NCBI GenBank assembly: GCA_023666615.1 | Contig: JAMPBQ010000001.1 | Coordinates: forward strand, 234,621-298,620 | Length of the DNA stretch: 64,000 nt | Direction of reading: 5' to 3' | From: Clostridium sp. | Lineage (GTDB): Bacteria; Bacteroidota; Bacteroidia; Bacteroidales; Muribaculaceae | In this document: in pieces, positions 8,958-17,096 of the stretch | How positions within the stretch are numbered: the stretch's first letter is position 1 | How the letters are laid out: every line of letters begins with the position of its first letter | Program-made: the position numbers and the translations under genes | Notes under the pieces: model-generated | What the model saw: the letters and a program-made list of their open reading frames with translations, nothing else | Database searches by the model: none | What the model was told of the DNA's origin: nothing

Positions 8958-9312
8958 AGGGCCCGGGTATAAGCCGAGTTATGTGGAACCGCCATTATCG
9001 ATCGTTCGAATTCGCGGCCGCCGCTCGTCATTTATCTTAGCGGTCTACCCTCCGGCAATGGGCGAGCAACCCATAAGCGCCGGTTTACATGACCTTGCAG
9101 CGCGCAAGACGTGCGGCACGCCCATCGCTGGGACGCCCGGTGGGCTCTTACCCCGCCTTTTCACCCTTGCCGCCCCATCGGGGCGGCGGTTGTTTTCTGT
9201 CACGCTGCTCTGCCGTTGCCAACAGCTCTCCTTTCGAGAGTGCGCCGCTCTGCGCTGCCCGGACTTTCCTCTTGGCCCCTATTCATGGCCAAGCGACGAG
9301 CCCCCGGACCCT
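8958..9312 (-). ncRNA. rnpB: RNase P RNA, bacterial type A
   Basis: Minus strand has GAGGAAAGTCCGGGC (CR-I), ACAGAAA, GGGTGAAA, GCAAG, AGATAAATGAC and AACTCGGCTTA (CR-V). P1 is AGGGTCCGGG/CCCGGGCCCT, P2 is GCTCGTC/GACGAGC, P3 is CTTGGCC/GGCCAAG. Confidence 0.96.
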
Positions 9313-9348
9313 TATTTTTTTCCGGCAGGGCTGTTGAGTTAGCCCCGC

Positions 9349-9420
9349 CTCTAAAGTCTTCTTAATACTCTAAAGCCTTATTAACACTCAAAAGCCTTCT
9401 TGATGCTCTAAAGCCTTATA
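9349..9420. repeat. About 3.8 copies of a 19-mer (consensus CTCTAAAGCCTTMTTAAYA)
   Basis: Units start at 9349, 9368, 9387 and 9406. Confidence 0.85.
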
Positions 9421-9442
9421 AATATATGTCCGCTTTGGCCTT

Positions 9443-10222
9443 TCAGCGATTGAATCCTCTTATTATCCCTCGCTTGGATTCTCGCACAAAGTTGATGATG
9501 CGGTCTCTTTCTGTCGACGGCGCCAATTCCGCCTCAATGCGTTCTATGGCGTCGGTGAAGTTGAGCCCTGATAGGTACAGTAGCCTATACACATCCTGTA
9601 TCTGCTCTATCGTCTCGTTGTCGAATCCTCTGCGCCTAAGCCCGATAGTGTTGATGCCCGCAAAGGCGATTGGCTCGTGCCCGGCCTTAACGTAGGGCGG
9701 AATGTCCTTGTTGATGTGCGATCCGCCCTGCACCATCACGTTGTTCCCGATATGGCAGAACTGATGCACCAGAGTGCCGCCGCCAATCACCGCGAAGTCG
9801 TCTACCACCACCTCGCCTGCGAGCTGTGTGGCATTCGACATTATTATGTTGTTGCCCAGCACGCAGTCGTGCGCCACATGGCAGTACGCCATGATTAGGC
9901 AATTGCTTCCCACCACGGTCTTGCCCTTCGAGGCTGTGCCGCGGTGTATCGTGGCGCATTCGCGTATCGTCGTGTTGTCGCCGATTATGGCCAATGTATC
10001 TTCGCCGTGGAATTTCAGGTCTTGGGGCTCGGCGCCAACTACGGCGCTCGGAAATATGCGGCAATTTTTGCCAATGCGCGTGCCGGACATGATCGTGGCG
10101 CTGCTCCCCACATGGGTGCCTTCGCCAATCTCCACGTTAGGCCCGATGGTCACGAAGGGATCAATTATGACGCTATCATGCACCTTAGCGTCTGGGTGAA
10201 TATAGGCAAGTGGTTGATTCAT
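9443..10222 (-). CDS. lpxA: UDP-N-acetylglucosamine O-acyltransferase
   Basis: Hexapeptide repeats; PQDLKF; IRECATIHRGT; HVAHDC; GLRRRGF. Confidence 0.97.
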   Translation of the reverse strand: MNQPLAYIHPDAKVHDSVIIDPFVTIGPNVEIGEGTHVGSSATIMSGTRIGKNCRIFPSAVVGAEPQDLKFHGEDTLAIIGDNTTIRECATIHRGTASKGKTVVGSNCLIMAYCHVAHDCVLGNNIIMSNATQLAGEVVVDDFAVIGGGTLVHQFCHIGNNVMVQGGSHINKDIPPYVKAGHEPIAFAGINTIGLRRRGFDNETIEQIQDVYRLLYLSGLNFTDAIERIEAELAPSTERDRIINFVRESKRGIIRGFNR

Positions 10223-10225
10223 CGC

Positions 10226-11608
10226 TTATTTGTTTTTAATGATTTGTGCCATGAACTCGCACTCGCAAACTATCTTCTCCCCAACAAAGGCCAAGCCCTT
10301 CATCACGGCGCAGCCTCGGCGCATTTCCGTAAGGAATGATACATGGAATATCAGCGTGTCGCCAGGCACAACTTTCTGTCGGAACTTCACATTGTCAATC
10401 TTCATGAAATATGTGGAATATTTCTCTGGATCATCCACGGTGTTCAGCACCAGGAGGCCGCCGGTCTGCGCCATGGCCTCGATCTGCAGCACGCCGGGCA
10501 TTACGGGCTCCTGCGGGAAATGCCCTTGGAAGAATGGCTCGTTCGTGGTCACGTTCTTCACGCCCACAATGTATGTGGCCCCCATGTCTATGATTTTGTC
10601 TACCAAAAGGAAGGGATACCTGTGAGGCAAAAGCTTGCGTATGGCCACATTGTCCAGAATCGGAGCTTCATTCGGATTGTAGGTGGGCGCCTGCACCTGC
10701 TGGCGCTTGATCTCCCTGCGTATTTGCTTGGCCAGCTTGGTGTTGATTGTGTGCCCGGGCTTGGTGGCGATAATCTTTCCCTTCAGTGGGCGGCCTATCA
10801 GCGAAATGTCGCCTATCACGTCAAGAAGCTTGTGGCGCGCGGGCTCGTTCGGCGCGTGCAGTTTGAAGTCGTTGATATACCCATACTTGTCAACCGACCT
10901 ATGGCTTACGCCCATTATGTCGGCGATGTGGTCAAGCTGCTCTTGGGTGATTGGAGAGTCATAAATCACGATTGCGTTCTCCAAATCTCCGCCCTTGATG
11001 AGGTTTGCCGACAGGAGAGGCTCTATCTCGCGAAGGAACACGAAGGTGCGCGACGGGGCGATGTCGTGGTCAAAGTCTGTGACGGTCTCCATCGACGCGT
11101 ATTGGTTGCGCAGCACGGGCGAATCAAAGTTCACCTTTACCTCCACGGAAAAATCATCGTCGGGAAGGATGATGATTTTCGACCCGGTAGCCTCGTCGGT
11201 CACGGAAATCTTGTGCTTTACCACATAAAATTCCTTGTCGGCCTCCTGCTCGGTTATGCCCACGCGGTTAATTTCTTCGATGTATATGCGGGCGCTGCCG
11301 TCAAGTATCGGCACCTCCGGCGCATTCACCTTGATCAGGCAGTTGTCTATGCCCTTGGCGTAAAGCGCCGCCAGCGAGTGCTCTATTGTTGAAACGGATG
11401 CTTCGCCCTGCTTCACCACTGTGCCTCGGTTGCTATCAACAACATTCTCCGCCACCGCGTCGATTATTGGCTCCCCGGGGAGGTCAACGCGCTGGAATTT
11501 ATATCCATGCCCCACCGGCGCGGGACAAAATTCAGCCTCTATTTGCAGGCCTGTGTGCAGTCCTTTGCCTTCTACCTTGAAAGCATTCTTTAGAGTGAGC
11601 TGCTTCAT
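10226..11608 (-). CDS. lpxC-fabZ: Bifunctional LpxC/FabZ
   Basis: LpxC GKGLHTG, TIEH and HKLLD.IGD; FabZ LLPHRYPFLLVD and GHFP..PVMPGVLQIEAMAQ. Confidence 0.97.
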   Translation of the reverse strand: MKQLTLKNAFKVEGKGLHTGLQIEAEFCPAPVGHGYKFQRVDLPGEPIIDAVAENVVDSNRGTVVKQGEASVSTIEHSLAALYAKGIDNCLIKVNAPEVPILDGSARIYIEEINRVGITEQEADKEFYVVKHKISVTDEATGSKIIILPDDDFSVEVKVNFDSPVLRNQYASMETVTDFDHDIAPSRTFVFLREIEPLLSANLIKGGDLENAIVIYDSPITQEQLDHIADIMGVSHRSVDKYGYINDFKLHAPNEPARHKLLDVIGDISLIGRPLKGKIIATKPGHTINTKLAKQIRREIKRQQVQAPTYNPNEAPILDNVAIRKLLPHRYPFLLVDKIIDMGATYIVGVKNVTTNEPFFQGHFPQEPVMPGVLQIEAMAQTGGLLVLNTVDDPEKYSTYFMKIDNVKFRQKVVPGDTLIFHVSFLTEMRRGCAVMKGLAFVGEKIVCECEFMAQIIKNK

Positions 11609-11617
11609 ATCTTATGA

Positions 11618-12652
11618 TTAGTTTTTTCGTTTATTCATTTCTTTTTCCAAAGCCTCCACCTTGTCGAAGAGGTCGCCAAGCCTTTTTAGACGCACTGTCT
11701 GCTTCGCAAATTCCATCACAGGGATGCCGGGCGTGCCCAAGAGGCGGTCTCCGGCCTTTGTGCCTCGGTTGATGCCGCACTGCGCTCCGAGCTGCGTGCC
11801 GTCCGCCACGGTGATATGCCCGGCTATGCCCACCTGGCCGCCTATCATGCACTGCTTGCCGATCTTCGCCGACCCGGCCACGCCTCCTTGGGCGGCCATG
11901 GCGGTATTTTCCCCTATCTCCACATTGTGCGCAATCTGGATCAGGTTGTCGAGCTTCACCCCGTTGGCTATGCGCGTCGCGCCCATCACCGACCGGTCAA
12001 TGGCCGTATTGGCCCCGATTTCCACGTTGTCGCCTATCTCAACTATGCCAAGCTGCGGTATTTTCTCGTATGTGCCATCGGGCTGCGGAGCGAATCCGAA
12101 TCCATCGGCGCCGATAACGGCACCTGAATGTATGATGCAGTTTTTCCCTATGTGGCACCCATGGTACACCTTGGCGCCGGGATATATCACAGTGCCCTCG
12201 CCTATCTGGCAATTATGGCCTATGTAGACTTGAGGATAAATCTTTGCCCCCGCTCCCAGCTTGCAGCCCTCGCCGATGTACGCGAAGGCTCCGATGTACG
12301 CGTCCGAGGGTATCTCAACGCCCTGCGCCACAAACGATGGCGGCTCCACTCCGCTGGGCACATGAGCCATCGCCTGCTGATAAATCTGCAGAAGGCGAGC
12401 CACGGTGTCATATGGATTGTCTACGCGTATCAGCGTGGCCTTCACCGGCTTTTCAGCCACGAAATCCTTGCTTACCAATACGATTGACGACTCTGTGTCA
12501 TAGATATGGTGGGTGTATTTGGGGTTGGCGAGGAACGATATTGCCCCGGGCTTGCCCTCTTCTATCTTGGCGAAAGTGCTCACGGCGACGTTGCCATCGC
12601 CCTCTACAACGCCGTTCACCAACTCGGCTATGCTGTTTGCGGTAAATTCCAT
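11618..12652 (-). CDS. lpxD: UDP-3-O-acylglucosamine N-acyltransferase
   Basis: ISFLANPKY; GADGFGFAP; EIGANTAIDR; KLDNLIQIAHNV. Confidence 0.97.
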   Translation of the reverse strand: MEFTANSIAELVNGVVEGDGNVAVSTFAKIEEGKPGAISFLANPKYTHHIYDTESSIVLVSKDFVAEKPVKATLIRVDNPYDTVARLLQIYQQAMAHVPSGVEPPSFVAQGVEIPSDAYIGAFAYIGEGCKLGAGAKIYPQVYIGHNCQIGEGTVIYPGAKVYHGCHIGKNCIIHSGAVIGADGFGFAPQPDGTYEKIPQLGIVEIGDNVEIGANTAIDRSVMGATRIANGVKLDNLIQIAHNVEIGENTAMAAQGGVAGSAKIGKQCMIGGQVGIAGHITVADGTQLGAQCGINRGTKAGDRLLGTPGIPVMEFAKQTVRLKRLGDLFDKVEALEKEMNKRKN

Positions 12653-12801
12653 CTTTTTCTTCAGACTATAACAGGCCTATTTAAAAATGTTTTGCAAAGT
12701 TGGCAAAAATTTTCCAAATAAGAAATATAAAATACAATAAAAAGCGCCGAAAAGGGCCTTTTGGCCTCTTTTGGACGCCTTTTTCTCTTTTTTTGCAAGC
12801 A

Positions 12802-13638
12802 TCAAAGCTTGAAAATGCCGTCCTCGCCTATGGCGACAAGCCTGTCCTTGTACAGCTTTCCCACCGCCTTCTTGAAATCGCGCTTTGAGCATTGCAGCAC
12901 CGCCTTTATCGCCTGAGGATCGGACTTGTCGGTCAGCGGCAGAAAGCCTTCGGGGCTCAAGTTGAGCTTTTCCATTATCGCCTCCGAAAGGTCCGAGGTG
13001 CGCGCCCTGGCCCTATCTGTCACCGACAAGTCTATCTTCCCGTCTTCACGCACCCGCTTTACGTATGCTGTAATCTTCTGCTCCAACGCCAGGGGCTGGT
13101 ACACCTCGTTGGCGTAAATCATGCCCCAATGCAGATTGTCCACTATGCATTTATATCCAATTTCCGTGCGCTTTACCAGCAAGGCCTCCACTTTCTGGCC
13201 ATGCTTGTACGACGGCAGCACGTTGCCCACGTATTTCTCTATCTTCGAAGACGCCACCACCCTGTTCGTCGTGTGGTCAAGGTAGACGTACACAAGATAG
13301 ATTCCGCCTTCATGCATGCGCTCTCGCTGCTCGCTGAACGGCACCAGGAGCTGCTTGGCCTCCAGGCCCCAGTCCAAAAATGTGCCCATGCTGTTGGTGT
13401 CAGCCACCTGGAGGAAGGCGAAATCCCCCACTTCGGCATAAGGCTTTTCTGTAGTTGCTATGAGCCTGTCCTGCGAGTCTGTGTAAACGAAAGCATCCAC
13501 CTCATCGCCGGGCAACGGCTCGGAGGTGAAGAATTTTGCAGGCATCAGTATTTCCAGCCCGTCGCCGGCGTCAAGGTATGCGCCGAAATCCACCACGCGG
13601 CTCACCTTCAATGTATTGTAATTGCCAATCTTTAACAT
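12802..13638 (-). CDS. CvfB-family S1-domain RNA-binding protein
   Basis: Tandem S1 repeats (DFGAYLD, GTFLDWGL..QLLVPFSEQ); C-terminal winged helix SKRDFKKAVGKLYK. Confidence 0.88.
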   Translation of the reverse strand: MLKIGNYNTLKVSRVVDFGAYLDAGDGLEILMPAKFFTSEPLPGDEVDAFVYTDSQDRLIATTEKPYAEVGDFAFLQVADTNSMGTFLDWGLEAKQLLVPFSEQRERMHEGGIYLVYVYLDHTTNRVVASSKIEKYVGNVLPSYKHGQKVEALLVKRTEIGYKCIVDNLHWGMIYANEVYQPLALEQKITAYVKRVREDGKIDLSVTDRARARTSDLSEAIMEKLNLSPEGFLPLTDKSDPQAIKAVLQCSKRDFKKAVGKLYKDRLVAIGEDGIFKL

Positions 13639-13701
13639 ATTTCTGAATGTTTATATATAAGTTAACGCGCGGCGTGAAATTCAGTTCACGCCATCTCGCA
13701 A

Positions 13702-14331
13702 TTAAAATGGCACATAAACCAGGGATTTTTCCATGAAATGCTCTTCCGGCATAAGCTCCGGCAACGGTATCTCCACGATTTGCTGCCTTATGCCTTTCGA
13801 TTCTTCAGCAAGGTCGCCGCCCTTGAGACACACTAGCCCGGGCCTGTACTTGTTGCCTTTCTCCGCTCCCTTGTCGATATTTTTTCTGACAAGCCCCACA
13901 AGGTCGTTGAGAGGCATCACAGCTCGGCTCACAACATAGTCGTACTTATCGCGGCACTCGGCTATGTCGCCATGCTGCAGCGTTACGTTCTCCAGCCCGA
14001 TGGCCTCGGCCACCGCCGAAGCCACCCTTATCTTCTTGCCAATTCGGTCAATCAGATGGAAGCGGCATTGCGGATAAAAAATTGCCAAGGGTATGCCGGG
14101 GAACCCGCCGCCGGTGCCGATGTCAAGCATGGACGTACTCTCCGCCAAAGGCCCAAAAAACTTGGCTATGGCCAGCGAATGAAGCACATGGTTGGGATAT
14201 AGATTGCCTATATCTTTGCGGGAAATCACGTTGATCTTGGCGTTCCAGTCAGCGTAAAGAGCCTCCAAGGCCGCGAATTGCTCTATTTGCCGACCCGAAA
14301 GCCCGGGAAAATATCGTCTTATGCTATCCAT
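13702..14331 (-). CDS. rsmG: 16S rRNA m7G527 methyltransferase
   Basis: WNAKINVIS; HVLHSL; LDIGTGGGFPGIPLA; VVSRA; LKGG. ATG 14331 preferred because the track's TTG 14361 overlaps the -7 element. Confidence 0.95.
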   Translation of the reverse strand: MDSIRRYFPGLSGRQIEQFAALEALYADWNAKINVISRKDIGNLYPNHVLHSLAIAKFFGPLAESTSMLDIGTGGGFPGIPLAIFYPQCRFHLIDRIGKKIRVASAVAEAIGLENVTLQHGDIAECRDKYDYVVSRAVMPLNDLVGLVRKNIDKGAEKGNKYRPGLVCLKGGDLAEESKGIRQQIVEIPLPELMPEEHFMEKSLVYVPF

Positions 14332-14358
14332 ATCCTGATAAATCTCAAATTGTTTTTG

Positions 14359-14366
14359 CAAAGTTA
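14359..14366 (-). promoter_or_regulatory. -7 element (TAACTTTG) for rsmG
   Basis: Consensus match; divergent from rplY. Confidence 0.7.
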
Positions 14367-14468
14367 CGCAAATTTATTCAATTAACGAAGATAAATGAAT
14401 CTTGAGTCATTAAATTAAGCAAAGCCGCAAAAAATGACTTAATAATTTGTCATGTCAAATAAAATTAG

Positions 14469-14476
14469 TAACTTTG
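14469..14476 (+). promoter_or_regulatory. -7 element (TAACTTTG) for rplY-pth-hslR
   Basis: Consensus match 85 nt upstream of the ATG. Confidence 0.75.
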
Positions 14477-14560
14477 CGGTGCTTTTTAGCATCCCCGTGT
14501 GATGGGAAATTAAGGAGCGAACTTAATTTTTAGTAACACAACAATTTACACTTCAAGAGA

Positions 14561-15208
14561 ATGAAGACATTCCAACTCCATGCCGAGGCTCGCACCGAGC
14601 TTGGCAAGAAAGCCACAAAGGCTCTGCGCGAAAAGGGCATGATTCCCGTTGTCCTCAACGGCGGCGACGCTGTAACACTCCCCTATGAGGGCACTCTCCT
14701 CCCCGGACAGAAAATCGTAGAAATCGGCGACGGCAAGGGCCTGATCACCACTGACCTCTCTGTAACCCAGGAGGCTGTGCGCAAGCTTATCTATACCCCC
14801 GACATCTTCGCCATCGAGCTTGAATTCGACGGCACAAAGCGCATGGCTGTCATCAAGGACATCCAATTCCAGGCAGTTAAGGACACAATCCTCCACATCG
14901 ACCTCCTTGAGGTTTCTGAAAAGAAGCCCGTCGTAATCGAGATCCCCGTGAAGATCGAAGGCCACGCGGAAGGCGTGAAGGCCGGCGGCAAGCTCACCCT
15001 CTCTATGAAGAAGCTCAAGGTTAAGGCCATCTACACCCAGGTGCCTGAGCGCGTAATCGTCAACGTTGACACCCTCGGCCTTGGCAAGACCCTCAAGGTG
15101 GGTGACCTCCACTATGACGACTTCGAGCTCGTAAACGCAAAGAACGCTGTTGTTTGCGCCGTGCAGCTCACACGCGCCGCTCGTGGTGCAGCCGCTGCCG
15201 AAAAGTAA
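14561..15208 (+). CDS. rplY: 50S ribosomal protein L25/Ctc
   Basis: R.ELGKKATKALRE.G.IP.V; KDIQF..VKD.ILHIDL; EIPVKIEG.AEGVKAGG. Confidence 0.95.
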   Translation: MKTFQLHAEARTELGKKATKALREKGMIPVVLNGGDAVTLPYEGTLLPGQKIVEIGDGKGLITTDLSVTQEAVRKLIYTPDIFAIELEFDGTKRMAVIKDIQFQAVKDTILHIDLLEVSEKKPVVIEIPVKIEGHAEGVKAGGKLTLSMKKLKVKAIYTQVPERVIVNVDTLGLGKTLKVGDLHYDDFELVNAKNAVVCAVQLTRAARGAAAAEK

Positions 15209-15236
15209 TTTTCCCTTTAAGCACAACGAATCAACA

Positions 15237-15269
15237 GCCCGGCCGGCCCAATGCGGGCCGGCCGGCTTT
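15237..15269 (+). terminator. GC-rich 11-bp hairpin between rplY and pth (partial terminator or stabiliser)
   Basis: CCGGCCGGCCC-AATGC-GGGCCGGCCGG followed by CTTTA. Confidence 0.55.
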
Positions 15270-15291
15270 ATCTAACCAGCATTTCTCCCAC

Positions 15292-15855
15292 ATGAAGCAT
15301 TTGATTGTAGGATTGGGCAACATCGGACAGGAATACCAGGGCACCAGGCACAACATAGGGTTTATGATAGCCGACGCCGTGGCCGAAGAGGCGGGCCTCG
15401 CCTTCTCCACCGAAAGGTACGGCGACGTGGCTCGCGGCCGCATCAAGAACCAGCAAGTGGTGATCCTCAAGCCGTCGACATATATGAACCTCAGCGGCAA
15501 CGCCGTGCGCTACTGGAAGGACAAGGAAGAAGTTGACATTGAGAATATCCTCATCCTTGTCGACGACATAGCCCTGCCCTTTGGAGCCATTCGCCTGAAG
15601 CCCTCCGGCTCCGACGCCGGCCACAACGGATTGAAGAACATTGCCCAAATGCTCGGCACGCAAGCCTACCCGCGCCTTCGCTTCGGCATTGGAAATGATT
15701 TCCCTCGCGGATGCCAGATTGACTACGTCCTGGGCCATTTCACGCTTGACCAGCGGCAAATGTTGCCCACCCGCATAAAGGTGGCCGCCGATGCCGTGAA
15801 GGACTGTGTGCTGGCCGGCCTGCAAAATGCCATGTGCAATTACAACAACAAATGA
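15292..15855 (+). CDS. pth: Peptidyl-tRNA hydrolase
   Basis: LIVGLGNIG.EY..TRHNIGF; KP.TYMNLSG; GS.AGHNGLK; ATG 15292. Confidence 0.97.
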   Translation: MKHLIVGLGNIGQEYQGTRHNIGFMIADAVAEEAGLAFSTERYGDVARGRIKNQQVVILKPSTYMNLSGNAVRYWKDKEEVDIENILILVDDIALPFGAIRLKPSGSDAGHNGLKNIAQMLGTQAYPRLRFGIGNDFPRGCQIDYVLGHFTLDQRQMLPTRIKVAADAVKDCVLAGLQNAMCNYNNK

Positions 15856-15864
15856 TTCAAGGAA

Positions 15865-16305
15865 ATGGCCGCTGAAGAAAGAATAGACAAATGGATGTGG
15901 GCGATGCGACTCTTCAAAACCCGCACCATAGCCACAGAGGCATGCAAAAAGGGCCGAGTCACCATCACGCAGGGAGGCACGCAAGTTGTGGCGAAGCCAT
16001 CGCGCGCCATAAAGCCCGGCGATGTGATTGAGGTGAAGAAACCGCCGATTACGTACACGTTCCGCGTGCTGGCGCTCTCTGAAAACAGGCTTGGAGCCAA
16101 GCTTGTGCCCAATTATCTGGAGAATTTGACGCCCAAAGAGCAATATGACCTTCTTGACGTGGTGCGCATTTCCGGCTTCGTCGACCGCCGCAAAGGCCTC
16201 GGCCGCCCAACAAAGCGCGAGGGCCGCGAACTGGCAAGCTTCACATCCGAATCATTCGATGCCGGATGGGACTTTGATTTCGACGACCTTGAAGATGATG
16301 AATGA
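15865..16305 (+). CDS. hslR: S4-domain ribosome-associated heat shock protein Hsp15
   Basis: RIDKWMWAMRLFKTR..A..AC..GRV; GRPTKREGREL. Confidence 0.9.
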   Translation: MAAEERIDKWMWAMRLFKTRTIATEACKKGRVTITQGGTQVVAKPSRAIKPGDVIEVKKPPITYTFRVLALSENRLGAKLVPNYLENLTPKEQYDLLDVVRISGFVDRRKGLGRPTKREGRELASFTSESFDAGWDFDFDDLEDDE

Positions 16306-16395
16306 ATTCACAATTCATAATTCGCAATTCATAATGATCAATGCATAATTCATAATTCGCAATTCATAATGATCAATGCATAATTCATAATGCGA
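16305..16395. repeat. 13 heptamers (AATTCAT type) containing an exact 35-bp duplication
   Basis: In-register AATnnnn units from 16305; 16312-16346 equals 16347-16381. Confidence 0.92.
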
Positions 16396-16410
16396 AATTT
16401 TTTCTTTCAC

Positions 16411-16494
16411 ACTTTCTACTTCGCGCCTCACACTTAACACTTTATACTTTATACTTCATACTCAATACTTTATACTTTAAATTTTATACTTCAA
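16411..16494. repeat. 12 heptamers (ACTTTAT type)
   Basis: In-register ACTTnnn units from 16411 to 16494, ending 6 nt before the next ATG. Confidence 0.88.
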
Positions 16495-16500
16495 ATATTT

Positions 16501-17043
16501 ATGCCCCTTATTATGCCACTTCGCGGGAAGACTCCCGTAATCGGTGAAGGATGCTTCCTCGCTGAAAACGCCACCGTGGTTGGCGACGTTGAGATGGGAA
16601 AAGACTGCAGCATATGGTTCAACACTGTCCTGCGTGGCGACGTAAACAGCATACGCATAGGCAACTGCGTAAACATTCAGGATGGATCTGTTCTGCACAC
16701 CCTATTCAAAAAATCCACAATTGAAATTGGCGATTGGGTGTCAATCGGCCACAACGTTACAATACACGGCGCAAAAATCCACGATTACGCCCTGATAGGC
16801 ATGGGCTCAGTGGTGATGGACGACGCCGAGGTGGGTGAAGGCGCTATTGTTTCGGCCGGAGCCGTTGTGCTTTCCCGCACTAAGATTGGTCCGAATGAGA
16901 TTTGGGGAGGCGTGCCCGCTAAGTTCCTAAAGATGGTTGATCCCGAGCAAAGCAAGGAAATAAACCAAAAAATCGCCCACAATTACCTTCTCTACTCTCG
17001 CTGGTACACAAATCCCAACGACCCGAATCCACTCGACGATTAA
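16501..17043 (+). CDS. Gamma-class carbonic anhydrase family protein (YrdA-like)
   Basis: SIWFNTVLRGDVN.IRIG..NIQDGSVLH; IGHNVTIHG. Confidence 0.92.
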   Translation: MPLIMPLRGKTPVIGEGCFLAENATVVGDVEMGKDCSIWFNTVLRGDVNSIRIGNCVNIQDGSVLHTLFKKSTIEIGDWVSIGHNVTIHGAKIHDYALIGMGSVVMDDAEVGEGAIVSAGAVVLSRTKIGPNEIWGGVPAKFLKMVDPEQSKEINQKIAHNYLLYSRWYTNPNDPNPLDD

Positions 17044-17096
17044 GACTAACCCCAATTGAATGGTGATTTTCTATCGCCGCCCCCCTGTTAGATTCT

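Noticed and set aside
8996-9022. Run of restriction-site-like palindromes (ATCGAT, CGATCG, TTCGAA, GAATTC, GCGGCCGC) resembling a cloning polylinker
   Set aside because: It lies inside rnpB helix P19, where self-complementarity is expected; no vector sequence nearby.
10226-11608. LpxC-FabZ fusion as a novelty
   Set aside because: Well-known feature of Bacteroidota.
9349-16494. CRISPR interpretation of the tandem arrays
   Set aside because: Units are 7-19 nt and contiguous, with no unique spacers and no cas genes.
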